This document shows, one piece after another, positions 21,113 to 30,210 of a stretch of DNA of 33,225 bases. The notes under the pieces were generated by a model, which did no database searches, had not been told where the DNA came from, and saw only the letters and a list, made by a program, of their open reading frames with translations. Within the stretch, counting starts at the first letter, position 1; every line of letters begins with the position of its first letter. Source of the DNA: a bacterium (lineage in GTDB: Bacteria; CAIJMQ01; JAADFP01); NCBI GenBank assembly GCA_027021085.1, contig JALUVB010000079.1, forward strand, positions 1 to 33,225, read 5' to 3'. Both the position numbers and the translations under genes were made by a program.

Positions 21113-21122
21113 ATTTTTATCG

Positions 21123-21131
21123 TGGTATAAT
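21123..21131 (+). promoter_or_regulatory. Candidate extended -10 promoter (TGgTATAAT) for the pilus-ATPase operon
   Basis: TG at 21123-21124 and TATAAT at 21126-21131, about 85 nt upstream of the first PilB-like start. This is the same 9-mer as at 18259-18267. Confidence 0.4.
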
Positions 21132-21214
21132 AAAAATGGAGAATTGGAAACATTTGCAATTTACAGTATCCCGCCGGTACATGGATGTTGAAATCAGCAT
21201 GATTATATAAGATT

Positions 21215-22933
21215 ATGTCTAACCGTGAACAGGAAATCTGGAAAGATATCTTAGTAAATATAGGACTGGTGACGGAAGACCAGCTTTCCTTTGCTCTGCG
21301 TGAACAGGAAGAAACGGGAGAAAAGCTAAGCGATGTACTGGTCAGGATGGGATATATCAGCAGGGAAGATTTGACCAGAGCATTAAGTGCGCATTTCGGA
21401 CTCATCCCGGTTAAACTTTCCGACTATCATCCTACGGAGGATGTTATCGCGCGAATACCTCCTCCCCTGGTGAGAAAATATAAAATCGTCCCCCTGGAAT
21501 ATAAAGATGGGGTTCTTACCATAGCAGTGGCTGACCCCCTGGATTTTTTAAGTATTGACAGCCTGGAAAGGATTTTAGGAGTTAAGTTAAAAGCTGTTCT
21601 TACCTCAGATAAAGAAATCGATCAAGCTATCAGTCGTTACTACGGGGTGGAAGAAGAAACCATAGATACAATTTTAGAGGAGTTAACCGAGCAAGATATT
21701 AGCTTTGCCGAAGGAGTAGCCCAGGAGACAGAGGATGCGGAATTAGCGGAAGAAGCTCCCATAATCCGGTTGGTAAGCTTACTTATCCTGGAGGCTTTTC
21801 GTTCGCGTGCCAGTGATATTCATGTAGAGCCCATGTCCGGCAGGTTAAGGATAAGGTACCGGGTAGATGGAATCCTGCACGAAGTGCCTGCCCCGCCAAA
21901 ACGGCTGGAGGGAGCAGTGATTTCCCGTATCAAAATCCTGGCCGGGATGGACATAGCAGAAAAGAGACTTCCCCAGGATGGTCGAATAATGGTAAATGTC
22001 CTGGGAAGACACTTAGATTTGCGTGTATCTTCTCTCCCCGGCATACACGGGGAAAGTGTGGTGATGAGAATCCTGGACAAGTCCAGCCTTCTCTTGGGTA
22101 TTACCGAATTAGGATTTCTGGAGGAGGACCTGGATAAGTGGAAAAGAGTAATTACCCTTCCTAATGGAATCATCCTGGTGACCGGGCCCACCGGAAGCGG
22201 AAAAACCACCACCCTTTATGCGGTTCTCAATGAATTGAACTTGCCGGACCGTAAAATTATAACCATTGAAGACCCGGTGGAGTATCAGATATCCGGGATA
22301 AACCAGCTGCAGGTAAGGCCTCAGATAGGGTTGACTTTTGCCTCTTCCCTCAGGTCCATACTGCGTCAATCTCCCGATATAATCATGGTGGGAGAAATCA
22401 GGGATACTGAGACAGCGGAAATTGCAGTAAGAGCTGCATTAACCGGACATTTGGTCTTCTCTACCTTGCATACCAATGATTCAGCCGGGGCAGTCACCCG
22501 GCTTATAGACATGGGGATAAAGCCGTTCTTAGTTGCCTCTGCGGTACAGGCGGTAATGGCTCAAAGACTGGTAAGAAAGGTTTGCCCCAAGTGTGCAGAA
22601 CCCTATGAGCCAGAGGAGTCCGTATTAAAAGAGATAGAACGCATAATAGGCACCCTGGAAGGGGCCAACTTTGTCAAGGGGAAAGGTTGCCCGGATTGCA
22701 ATATGTCAGGGTACAGGGGAAGAGTTGCCATATTTGAACTTCTGGTGATAAGTGAAGAAATTAGGCGGATTGTGCTCTCCCGGGCTACAAGTTTTGAGAT
22801 CAGGGACCTGGCGCGCAGCCAGGGGATGAAGCTTCTCAGGGAAGACGGCTGGATAAAGGTTTACCGGGGTATTACCACGGTGGAAGAAGTACTTAGAGTA
22901 ACACAACAGGATATAGTAGAAGGAGTAGTGTAA
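21215..22933 (+). CDS. pilB: Type IV pilus / T2SS assembly ATPase, PilB/GspE family (paralogue 1)
   Basis: 572 aa with an N-terminal GspE_N/MshEN-like domain. Walker A GPTGSGKTTT, Walker B IIMVGEIRD, His box TGHLVFSTLHT, and tetracysteine CPKC ... CPDC. Confidence 0.9.
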   Translation: MSNREQEIWKDILVNIGLVTEDQLSFALREQEETGEKLSDVLVRMGYISREDLTRALSAHFGLIPVKLSDYHPTEDVIARIPPPLVRKYKIVPLEYKDGVLTIAVADPLDFLSIDSLERILGVKLKAVLTSDKEIDQAISRYYGVEEETIDTILEELTEQDISFAEGVAQETEDAELAEEAPIIRLVSLLILEAFRSRASDIHVEPMSGRLRIRYRVDGILHEVPAPPKRLEGAVISRIKILAGMDIAEKRLPQDGRIMVNVLGRHLDLRVSSLPGIHGESVVMRILDKSSLLLGITELGFLEEDLDKWKRVITLPNGIILVTGPTGSGKTTTLYAVLNELNLPDRKIITIEDPVEYQISGINQLQVRPQIGLTFASSLRSILRQSPDIIMVGEIRDTETAEIAVRAALTGHLVFSTLHTNDSAGAVTRLIDMGIKPFLVASAVQAVMAQRLVRKVCPKCAEPYEPEESVLKEIERIIGTLEGANFVKGKGCPDCNMSGYRGRVAIFELLVISEEIRRIVLSRATSFEIRDLARSQGMKLLREDGWIKVYRGITTVEEVLRVTQQDIVEGVV

Positions 22934-23994
22934 TGCTGGAGATTGGTGAACTTTTAAGAATAGTAGTAGAAAGAAATTCTTCTGATTTGCACTTAGTGGT
23001 TGGTAAACCACCCGTACTAAGGATAAACGGGCGTTTGGATATACTGGATTACGAACCCCTTACTCCGGAAGACACGGAAAGAATGATGAAAAGTATTGCC
23101 TCTCCTGCCCACCAGCAGAGGGTAAGGGAAGTGGGAGGCACGGAGTTCGGTTTTGCCTTCGGAGATTTAGCCCGTTTCAGGGTAAGTGTTTACCGGGAAA
23201 AGGGGAGGATAAGCGTGGCCATGCGTCTTATCCCCTACAAACTTTTGACTTTTGAACAGATAGGACTTTCTGACAAAATGAAGGAAATTCTCTATCGTCC
23301 CCGGGGTTTGGTGCTGGTAACCGGGCCTACCGGAAGCGGAAAAACCACTACCTTGGCCACCATGATAGATTATATAAACACCTATCGCGATTGCCATGTT
23401 ATCACCATTGAGGATCCCATCGAGTATTATCACGAGCACAAGAGGAGTATTATTTCCCAGAGGGAAGTCGGGGTGGATGTCCCTTCTTTTGCCGAGGCGA
23501 TAATCAGGTCATTGAGACAGGATCCAGACGTGATAATGGTAGGTGAGATGAGAGACCTGTCCACTATTGAGGCAGCACTTATGGCGGCAGAAACCGGACA
23601 CCTGGTTTTTTCCACACTCCATACCACCGGGGCCGCCCAGACCATTGACAGGATAATAGATGCCTTTCCCACAGAGAGACAGGAACAGGTAAGGGTGCAG
23701 GTGTCTTCTTACCTGATAGCGGTGATTTCACAGACGCTCCTTCCCAAGACTACGGGTTCGGGAAGGGTGGCAGCCTTCGAAATAATGATTGCCATACCCG
23801 CCATTCAGAGCCTGATTAGAGAAAGAAAGACCTACCGCATCACTTCCTTCATCCAGACTGGCGCTCGCTACGGAATGAAGACACTTGACCAGCATCTGTT
23901 TGAACTTTACAACCGGGGTGAAGTAAGTTATGAGGAAATAATGGTAAGGGCGCAGAATCCCGAGGAATTACAGCAAAAAGTGGAGAGCAGGTAA
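22933..23994 (+). CDS. pilT: Twitching-motility retraction ATPase PilT
   Basis: 353 aa with no N-terminal GspE_N domain. SSDLHLVVGKPPVLRINGRL, GPTGSGKTTT, DPDVIMVGEMRD, TGHLVFSTLHT, and the PilT-specific AIRNLIRE-like motif AIQSLIRE. Confidence 0.92.
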   Translation: MLEIGELLRIVVERNSSDLHLVVGKPPVLRINGRLDILDYEPLTPEDTERMMKSIASPAHQQRVREVGGTEFGFAFGDLARFRVSVYREKGRISVAMRLIPYKLLTFEQIGLSDKMKEILYRPRGLVLVTGPTGSGKTTTLATMIDYINTYRDCHVITIEDPIEYYHEHKRSIISQREVGVDVPSFAEAIIRSLRQDPDVIMVGEMRDLSTIEAALMAAETGHLVFSTLHTTGAAQTIDRIIDAFPTERQEQVRVQVSSYLIAVISQTLLPKTTGSGRVAAFEIMIAIPAIQSLIRERKTYRITSFIQTGARYGMKTLDQHLFELYNRGEVSYEEIMVRAQNPEELQQKVESR

Positions 23995-23997
23995 GAA

Positions 23998-25710
23998 ATG
24001 CCGACCGGCAGGAAAAGATTAGGGGAACTACTCCTGGAAAAGGGTATTATTACTGAAAAACAGCTCCAGCAGGCGTTGGAGGAACAGGAGAAGACGGGGA
24101 AACTCCTGGGCAGGGTTCTGGTTGACCTGGGTATGGTAAAGGATGAGGATATTCTTGCCGTCCTGGGGGCTCAGACCGGGATGCAGGAGGTGGATATCTC
24201 GAACATTGAAGTCTCCCCCCAGCTCTTGGAAAAGGTTCCCGGTCCCATAGCCAAGGCTTACAAAATAGTACCTATTCGCATGGAGGGAAATACTCTCCTG
24301 GTAGCCATGGGGGACCCGCTTAATATCCAGGCACTGGATGATTTAAGGTTTTTGCTTGACTGTGATGTAAAAGGGCTTATAAGCAATGAGCAGGCAGTAA
24401 ACGAAGCTATCGACAGGCTGTACGGGGGAGAGATGGAGACAGTGGAAGACCTCCTGAAAGAACTTGAGGCAGAAGCAGCCCCCCTGGAGGAGGCCGAAGA
24501 AAGAGCAGTGGAGGATATCCAGGCGCTGGAACAGCTGGCACACGAAGTTCCCGTGGTAAAACTTCTCAACCTGGTACTCATCCAGGCGATAAAAGATAAG
24601 GCCAGTGATATACACTTTGAACCTTTTGAAGACCAGTTCCGCATCCGCTACAGGGTGGACGGAATCCTCTACGAGATGGTCCCACCTCCCCGGCATTTTG
24701 CCCTGGCGGTGAATACCCGGATAAAGGTTATGGCAGATATGGATATTGCCCAGAGGCGGGTGCCCCAGGATGGCCGTATAGAACTGCACCTGGGAGGCAG
24801 AGAGGTGGACCTGCGGGTTTCCACCATTCCCACTGTGCATGGCGAAAGTGTGGTAATGCGTGTCCTGGACAAAAGTGTTTTAATGCTCTCCCTGGAAAAG
24901 CTGGGTTTTGCCGAGGATGACCTGGAAAAAACACACAAATTAATTTCCAGGCCTAATGGAATAGTCCTGGTAACCGGTCCCACCGGTTGTGGTAAAACTA
25001 CCACGCTCTATGCGTGTTTACGCAAGATAAATTCCCCCGAGGTCAAAATAATCACCGTGGAAGACCCGGTGGAATATGACATTGAGGGAATTCATCAAGT
25101 GCAGGTCAAGCAGTCAATAGGCTTAACCTTTGCCACCACATTGAGACATATCCTGCGCCAGGACCCGGATATTATCCTGGTAGGGGAAATCAGGGACCTG
25201 GAGACTGCGGAAATGGCCATACAGGCCTCTCTTACCGGACACCTGGTTTTTGCTACTTTGCACACAAACGACTCTCCCTCGGCCATTACCCGTTTGATAG
25301 ACATGGAAGTAGAACCGTTCCTTATCAGTTCGACCTTAGAGGCGATAATGAGCCAGAGACTGGTTAGGGTCATCTGCAAGGTATGCAGGGAGGAGTACGA
25401 ACCCTCGCTGGAAGAGCTGGAGCTTTTAGAGATGGAGCCTTCCGAAGCAAAGAAGCATAAGTTTTACCGGGGTAAAGGCTGCTCCGCCTGCAACAATATT
25501 GGATACATGGGCAGGACCGGGATATATGAGATTTTGCTTATGAACGAAGAACTGAGAAGGGCAGTGGTGGATAAAGCCTCGGCGGGTGAGATAAGAGAAA
25601 TAGCCCTGAAGTATGGGATGAAGACCTTGAGACGCGATGGATTAGACAAGATTTTTAGAGGGATTACTACTATTGAAGAGGTGGTAAGGGAGACTACCGG
25701 ATATGTATAG
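23998..25710 (+). CDS. pilB: Type IV pilus / T2SS assembly ATPase, PilB/GspE family (paralogue 2) with an intact MshEN-type N-terminus
   Basis: 570 aa. N-terminus RLGELLLEKGIITEKQLQQALEEQ-EKTGK-LLGRVLVDLGMVKDEDILAVLGAQ. Walker A GPTGCGKTTT, IILVGEIRD, TGHLVFATLHT, CKVC ... CSAC. Confidence 0.9.
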   Translation: MPTGRKRLGELLLEKGIITEKQLQQALEEQEKTGKLLGRVLVDLGMVKDEDILAVLGAQTGMQEVDISNIEVSPQLLEKVPGPIAKAYKIVPIRMEGNTLLVAMGDPLNIQALDDLRFLLDCDVKGLISNEQAVNEAIDRLYGGEMETVEDLLKELEAEAAPLEEAEERAVEDIQALEQLAHEVPVVKLLNLVLIQAIKDKASDIHFEPFEDQFRIRYRVDGILYEMVPPPRHFALAVNTRIKVMADMDIAQRRVPQDGRIELHLGGREVDLRVSTIPTVHGESVVMRVLDKSVLMLSLEKLGFAEDDLEKTHKLISRPNGIVLVTGPTGCGKTTTLYACLRKINSPEVKIITVEDPVEYDIEGIHQVQVKQSIGLTFATTLRHILRQDPDIILVGEIRDLETAEMAIQASLTGHLVFATLHTNDSPSAITRLIDMEVEPFLISSTLEAIMSQRLVRVICKVCREEYEPSLEELELLEMEPSEAKKHKFYRGKGCSACNNIGYMGRTGIYEILLMNEELRRAVVDKASAGEIREIALKYGMKTLRRDGLDKIFRGITTIEEVVRETTGYV

Positions 25711-25759
25711 AGTTTTGAAGCGGATTTTCTTTGAACCCGAGATAAAGGGGGTGAAATAG

Positions 25760-27019
25760 ATGGCGGTCTATAACTATGTGGCTTTGAATCCTCAGGGCAA
25801 GGAAGTAAAAGGTACTATTGAGGCCGAGAACGCTACCCTGGCTGCCAACCAGGTGAGAGAAATGGGATACTTCCCTACCCGCATCAAAGAGCAGAAACTG
25901 CCTTCCGCAACCCAGAAAAAGAAGAAAGAGGGCAGTGCCCTTCAGATGACCATCAAGATACCCGGCCTGACTACCCGGGTAAAGCCAAAACAGCTTACAG
26001 AATTTACCCGTCAGTTAGCTACCCTGATCGATGCGGGGCTACCCCTGGTGAGAAGTCTGAATATTTTAAGGGACCAGGCCAAGCCGGGTATATTGAAAGA
26101 AATCTTAACTGACCTGGTGGAAAGGATAGAAGGAGGAAGTACTTTTTCTGAAGCCCTGGCGCAACACCCCCACAGTTTTTCCAAACTCTACATAAATATG
26201 GTAAAGGCAGGAGAATTGGGCGGTATCCTGGAAGTAGTGCTTAACCGCATAGCGGAATTTATGGAAAAGGAGCTTGCTCTAAGACGCAAAATAAAGGGAG
26301 CCATGATTTATCCTGTCGCAGTGGCTTGTGTGGCAGGAGGTATCGTGGGATTCATTATGACTTTTATTATCCCTACCTTCAAAAAAATGTTTATTTCGTT
26401 TGGAGGAACGGGGGCTGCTTTGCCCCTTCCTACCCGGGTACTGATTACGATGTCTGACTTGATAAAGACAAAGTGGTACTATGGGATAATAGGAATAATC
26501 CTTCTGGTGATTCTATTCAAGCTCATTACCAGGACCTCCAAGGGTAAATATGCTATAGATTTCCTGAAATTAAAAATGCTTATCTTCGGACCGTTGTTCC
26601 TGAAGACTGCCATTGCCAGGTTCTCCCGCACATTGGGAACCCTCATAAACAGCGGGGTTCCCATACTCCAGGCACTGGCCATTGTGAAGGAGACAGCAGG
26701 TAACGAAGTCATATCCAAGGCAATGATAAAAGTGCATGATTCCATAAGAGAAGGTGAAAGTATCGCCAAGCCACTGGAGGATTCACGCGTATTCCCTCCC
26801 CTGGTGGTGCACATGGTAGGTGTGGGAGAGGAAACAGGTGCCCTGGATACCATGCTTATAAAGGTAGCAGACGCCTACGAGGACGAGGTAGATACAACAG
26901 TGGCTGGCCTGGCTTCTGTACTGGAGCCTCTGCTCCTGGTAGGGATGGGGCTTGTGGTAGGCTTTATCGTGATTTCTCTCTTCCTACCTCTCATAAAGAT
27001 AGCCCAGATGATTCGTTAA
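25760..27019 (+). CDS. pilC: Type IV pilus / T2SS platform protein PilC/GspF
   Basis: 419 aa. Two T2SSF repeats (FTRQLATLIDAGLPLVRSL... and FSRTLGTLINSGVPILQAL...) and three TM segments. Confidence 0.92.
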   Translation: MAVYNYVALNPQGKEVKGTIEAENATLAANQVREMGYFPTRIKEQKLPSATQKKKKEGSALQMTIKIPGLTTRVKPKQLTEFTRQLATLIDAGLPLVRSLNILRDQAKPGILKEILTDLVERIEGGSTFSEALAQHPHSFSKLYINMVKAGELGGILEVVLNRIAEFMEKELALRRKIKGAMIYPVAVACVAGGIVGFIMTFIIPTFKKMFISFGGTGAALPLPTRVLITMSDLIKTKWYYGIIGIILLVILFKLITRTSKGKYAIDFLKLKMLIFGPLFLKTAIARFSRTLGTLINSGVPILQALAIVKETAGNEVISKAMIKVHDSIREGESIAKPLEDSRVFPPLVVHMVGVGEETGALDTMLIKVADAYEDEVDTTVAGLASVLEPLLLVGMGLVVGFIVISLFLPLIKIAQMIR

Positions 27020-28399
27020 ATGCCTCTTATTATTCTCGTAGAGGATGATGCAGGGTTAAGGAAGAACCTTACCCTTCTTCTGCAGGAGGAGGGCTTCCAG
27101 GTGGTTGCCTTTCCCGCGGCTGAAGAGGCGGAAGAAAAACTAAAAACGATTTCTCCCGATTTAGTCATTACTGACCTGAAACTCCCGGGTATCAGCGGGC
27201 TGGAATTTGTTTCACACCTTAAGAAAAAGTACCCGCAAGTTCCTGTAATCATAATTACTGCTTATGCTACCTTGAGTAGTGCAGTGGAAGCAATAAGGCT
27301 GGGAGCACGTGATTATCTTATTAAACCTTTTCATCCTGAGAAAGTGATTCTTTCCCTTAGGCGCATACTGGAATTAGAAGAACTGAAAGAGGAAAACCGC
27401 TGGTTAAAAGAAGAACTTTCCAGAAGGGATAAATTTGAAGAAATGGTGGGGAAAAGTTCTTCCATGCAAACTGTTTATAACCTGATAGAGAAGATTGCAC
27501 CCAGTGGAGTGCCGGTGCTGATTGTGGGGGAAAGCGGCACAGGAAAGGAACTGGTAGCGCGTGCCATACATAAAAGGAGCGCGCGAAAAGAGGGTAAATT
27601 CGTACCGGTAAATTGCGGGGCTATCCCGGAGACTCTCATCGAGAGCGAATTATTCGGGCATGAAAAAGGAGCTTTTACTGGGGCCACTGAAAAGAAGAAA
27701 GGGTTACTGGAAATATCTCATGCTGGCACATTGTTCCTAGATGAAGTGGGAGATTTGCCGCTTTCAGTGCAGATGAAGCTACTGAGGTTCCTGCAGGAAA
27801 AAGAGTTTGTACGGGTGGGGGGGACCACTCCCATCAAGGTGGACACACGCATAATTTCCGCCACGAACAAGAACCTGGAAGAAGAAATTGAAAAGGGGAA
27901 TTTCAGGAAGGATCTCTACTATCGCATCCAGGCAGTTGTTCTTCCATTGCCCCCGTTAAGAGAAAGGAAAGGGGATATACCTATTTTAGTTGAGCACTTT
28001 CTCAATAAGTATCGGGATGAAGGGGTAAACAAAAGGGAAAAAAGATTTAGCGCAGAGGCTATGGAGCTGCTTACTGCCTACTCCTGGCCCGGGAATGTGC
28101 GGGAGCTGGAGAACGTGGTAAGGGGATGTATTGCTCTTTCAGAGGGGACTCTTATAGGAGTGGATAGTTTGCCTCCCCGCTTAAAGGAAGGCAGGAGGAA
28201 AGAGAGTAGGTGGCGCGGCTCCTGGGCAGAGATGCAGAAAAAATTTGCAGAGAAGTATATCCGGGAGATTCTTAAGGAAGCCGGGGGTAATGTCTCAAGG
28301 GCGAGCAGAATGGCAGGGATTTCCCGCCGGCATTTCTACGAAAAAATGAAGGAATTCAACGTAAATCCCGAAGAAGCCAGGGGTAGGAAGGGTACTTAG
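27020..28399 (+). CDS. Sigma54-dependent response regulator, PilR-like by context
   Basis: 459 aa. Receiver IILVEDD ... LVITDLKLPGISG. GESGTGKELVARAIH, GAFTGA, ESELFGH, WPGNVRELEN. HTH GNVSRASRMAGISRRHFYEKMKEF. Confidence 0.9.
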   Translation: MPLIILVEDDAGLRKNLTLLLQEEGFQVVAFPAAEEAEEKLKTISPDLVITDLKLPGISGLEFVSHLKKKYPQVPVIIITAYATLSSAVEAIRLGARDYLIKPFHPEKVILSLRRILELEELKEENRWLKEELSRRDKFEEMVGKSSSMQTVYNLIEKIAPSGVPVLIVGESGTGKELVARAIHKRSARKEGKFVPVNCGAIPETLIESELFGHEKGAFTGATEKKKGLLEISHAGTLFLDEVGDLPLSVQMKLLRFLQEKEFVRVGGTTPIKVDTRIISATNKNLEEEIEKGNFRKDLYYRIQAVVLPLPPLRERKGDIPILVEHFLNKYRDEGVNKREKRFSAEAMELLTAYSWPGNVRELENVVRGCIALSEGTLIGVDSLPPRLKEGRRKESRWRGSWAEMQKKFAEKYIREILKEAGGNVSRASRMAGISRRHFYEKMKEFNVNPEEARGRKGT

Positions 28400-28445
28400 T
28401 CTTGAGTTGGTGCAGGCGGACGGTTTCCGGGAATTAGGAGGAGAA

Positions 28446-29495
28446 GTGGAACAAAAAAGCAACCCGGCCAAGCATAAATCTATACGTTATCTCCACCTGC
28501 TTCTTCTCATTCTTATAATTTTTTCGGTAGCTCTGCTTCCTTTCCTCTTCTATTTACCCGGCAACATGCGCGTGATAATACTATGCGGGGAATTCTTTCT
28601 CCTGGGCTCTCTCTTTACCCTCATTGTATTTGTTTTAATTGCTCCCTTCCGGCATTCTCTGCAGGCTCCTTATTCCTCTTCTCACCTGGAAGCGCTTACC
28701 TCTTCCCTGGCGCAGGCACAAAGAGAGGTGGTAAGACTGAATCGGGAGTTGGAAAAGGAATTAAGTGTAAAAAAAGAGAAAATAAAAAGGATTCAGGGAG
28801 AAATGTTGTCCCTGCAAATGCAGGTGGTGGAACAGGAAAAACTTGCCTCCCTGGCAAAAATGGCCTCCGGCGTAGTACATGAGATAAAAACCCCCCTCTC
28901 AGTGATGAGAACTTCCACCTATTTATTAAAGAAATTTTCCCGGGACGAGAAGATAAAGGAGCAGGTGGAATTAATAGAGAGCGAGATTTCACGTATAGAC
29001 GAGATAGCCACTTCTCTTATGGATTATTCCCGCAGTGCCAGGGATGTTCCCCTTACCTGGGTGGATGTTGCTCCTCTTCTCCAGGATATCATCAAGGAGC
29101 TTCAATTCACGGGGAAACTGCAGAATATTGAATTAGTAAATAATCTTCCTTCTTCTTTCCCCCCGGTACATGCACATGCAGGCCGGTTAAGAGAAGTACT
29201 GATTAACATAATAAATAATGCGGTGGAATCCATGGAAAATGGGGGGAAACTTATCCTGGAAGGAAGGATAGAAGAAGAAAAAGCTCACCTGATGGTAAAA
29301 GACACCGGGACAGGAATAGCGGCTGAGGATTTAAAAAACCTTTTTGACCCCTTTTTCAGCACCAAAGGAAAGGGTACAGGCTTAGGGTTGGCCATCTCCT
29401 ATGCATTCGTGAAGAGGTTCGGAGGGGATATACGCGTAAAAAGCCTTCCGGGAAAAGGTACCAGCCTGGAATTGATACTCAAGGCAAAGATGTGA
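28446..29495 (+). CDS. Membrane histidine kinase without an extracytoplasmic domain, PilS-like by context
   Basis: Two closely spaced TM helices, a coiled coil, H-box ASGVVHEIKTPLS, N-box INIINNAVESM, G-boxes VKDTGTGIA and GTGLGLAISY. I favour GTG 28446, 4 nt after AGGAGG at 28436-28441. TTG 28407 from the track is an alternative. Confidence 0.85.
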   Translation: MEQKSNPAKHKSIRYLHLLLLILIIFSVALLPFLFYLPGNMRVIILCGEFFLLGSLFTLIVFVLIAPFRHSLQAPYSSSHLEALTSSLAQAQREVVRLNRELEKELSVKKEKIKRIQGEMLSLQMQVVEQEKLASLAKMASGVVHEIKTPLSVMRTSTYLLKKFSRDEKIKEQVELIESEISRIDEIATSLMDYSRSARDVPLTWVDVAPLLQDIIKELQFTGKLQNIELVNNLPSSFPPVHAHAGRLREVLINIINNAVESMENGGKLILEGRIEEEKAHLMVKDTGTGIAAEDLKNLFDPFFSTKGKGTGLGLAISYAFVKRFGGDIRVKSLPGKGTSLELILKAKM

Positions 29496-29553
29496 GGAAA
29501 AGGTAACAGTTTAGCCTGGCTCCTCCGCTCTGCCGGGGAAAATCCCGGTGTGC

Positions 29554-29576
29554 AAACAGGAGTTTTGAGCCTGTTT
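29554..29576. promoter_or_regulatory. Inverted repeat AAACAGG-N9-CCTGTTT; candidate enhancer (UAS) for the PilR-like activator
   Basis: Seven-bp arms at 29554-29560 and 29570-29576, about 90 nt upstream of the -24/-12 candidate. Confidence 0.3.
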
Positions 29577-29588
29577 ACCGTGCATGTC

Positions 29589-29610
29589 GGGACTGCGGAG
29601 TCCCTTCTGT
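29589..29610 (+). terminator. Weak terminator-like hairpin after the kinase gene
   Basis: GGGACT-GCGG-AGTCCC (6-bp stem, 4-nt loop) followed by TTCTGT, which is a poor U-tract. Confidence 0.3.
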
Positions 29611-29654
29611 CCTATAGTGCGCCTTCTCTGCCGGAAGCTTGCCCGCTTTCAAAG

Positions 29655-29670
29655 GGGAATAGAATTTGCT
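29655..29670 (+). promoter_or_regulatory. Candidate sigma54 (-24/-12) promoter upstream of the first pseudopilin
   Basis: gGGaAta-gaat-TTGCT: GG at 29656-29657 and GC at 29668-29669 with the required 10-nt spacing, and a good TTGCT -12 box. It lies 36 nt upstream of ATG 29706 and just downstream of a sigma54 activator gene. Confidence 0.45.
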
Positions 29671-29705
29671 ACAATCTAAAGGGGAGAAAGGAGTAGAAAG
29701 TAGTT

Positions 29706-30194
29706 ATGAGTTATAGGTTTTTAGTTTCTAATCTGAGAAAGGGGCCAGGGAGAAAGCAATCAGTGAGTGTTTTCCCCGCTCACAAATCACAACTCGCATT
29801 TCCCTCCCTCACTACTCACAACTCACAACCCGCTACTAATAATAAGAGGGGCTTCACCCTTATTGAACTCATGGTAGTCATAGCCATAATCGTGCTTCTG
29901 GCCGGAGTGATGATTCCGAACTATATAAAAAACATGGAGAAAGCCAAGTTAGCCAAGGCCAAGGCAGATATAGAAATTCTCATCAAGGCCATAACTCTTT
30001 ACAGGGTGGATAGCGAAGAATTTCCTTCCTCTCTCAGCGACCTTACCTCGGGAACTCACCCTTACCTGGCAAGGGGTATTCCTCCAAGCCCATGGGGTGG
30101 TCCTTACACTTACTCGTTGTCTACTAACTCGTATACCATAGAAGCAAAGGATTCGCAGGGGAAAGTAAAATATTCGGAAACCATAAAATTTTAG
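29706..30194 (+). CDS. GspG-like major pseudopilin / type IV pilin with prepilin (class III) signal and an unusually long leader
   Basis: KRG|FTLIELMVVIAIIVLLAG with E at +5. GspG-type body (ADIEILIKAITLYRVDSEEFPSSLSDL ... PSPWGGPYTY). The leader is 49 aa from ATG 29706, or 30 aa from in-frame GTG 29763. Confidence 0.85.
   Translation: MSYRFLVSNLRKGPGRKQSVSVFPAHKSQLAFPSLTTHNSQPATNNKRGFTLIELMVVIAIIVLLAGVMIPNYIKNMEKAKLAKAKADIEILIKAITLYRVDSEEFPSSLSDLTSGTHPYLARGIPPSPWGGPYTYSLSTNSYTIEAKDSQGKVKYSETIKF
29780..29842 (+). repeat. Heptamer array inside the leader-coding part of the first pseudopilin gene
   Basis: TCACAAA TCACAAC TCGCATT TCCCTCC at 29780-29807, then CTCACTA CTCACAA CTCACAA CCCGCTA CTAATAA at 29808-29842. 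This is the same CAACTCA family as 265-292. CCCGCTACT also occurs at 9802-9810. Confidence 0.8.
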
Positions 30195-30210
30195 GAAGGA
30201 GGAGGAGGAG

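Noticed and set aside
21144-21158. Sigma54-like TTGGAAACATTTGCA upstream of the first PilB gene
   Set aside because: GG and GC are separated by 8 nt instead of the required 10, so it does not fit the -24/-12 geometry. The extended -10 box at 21123-21131 is a better promoter candidate.
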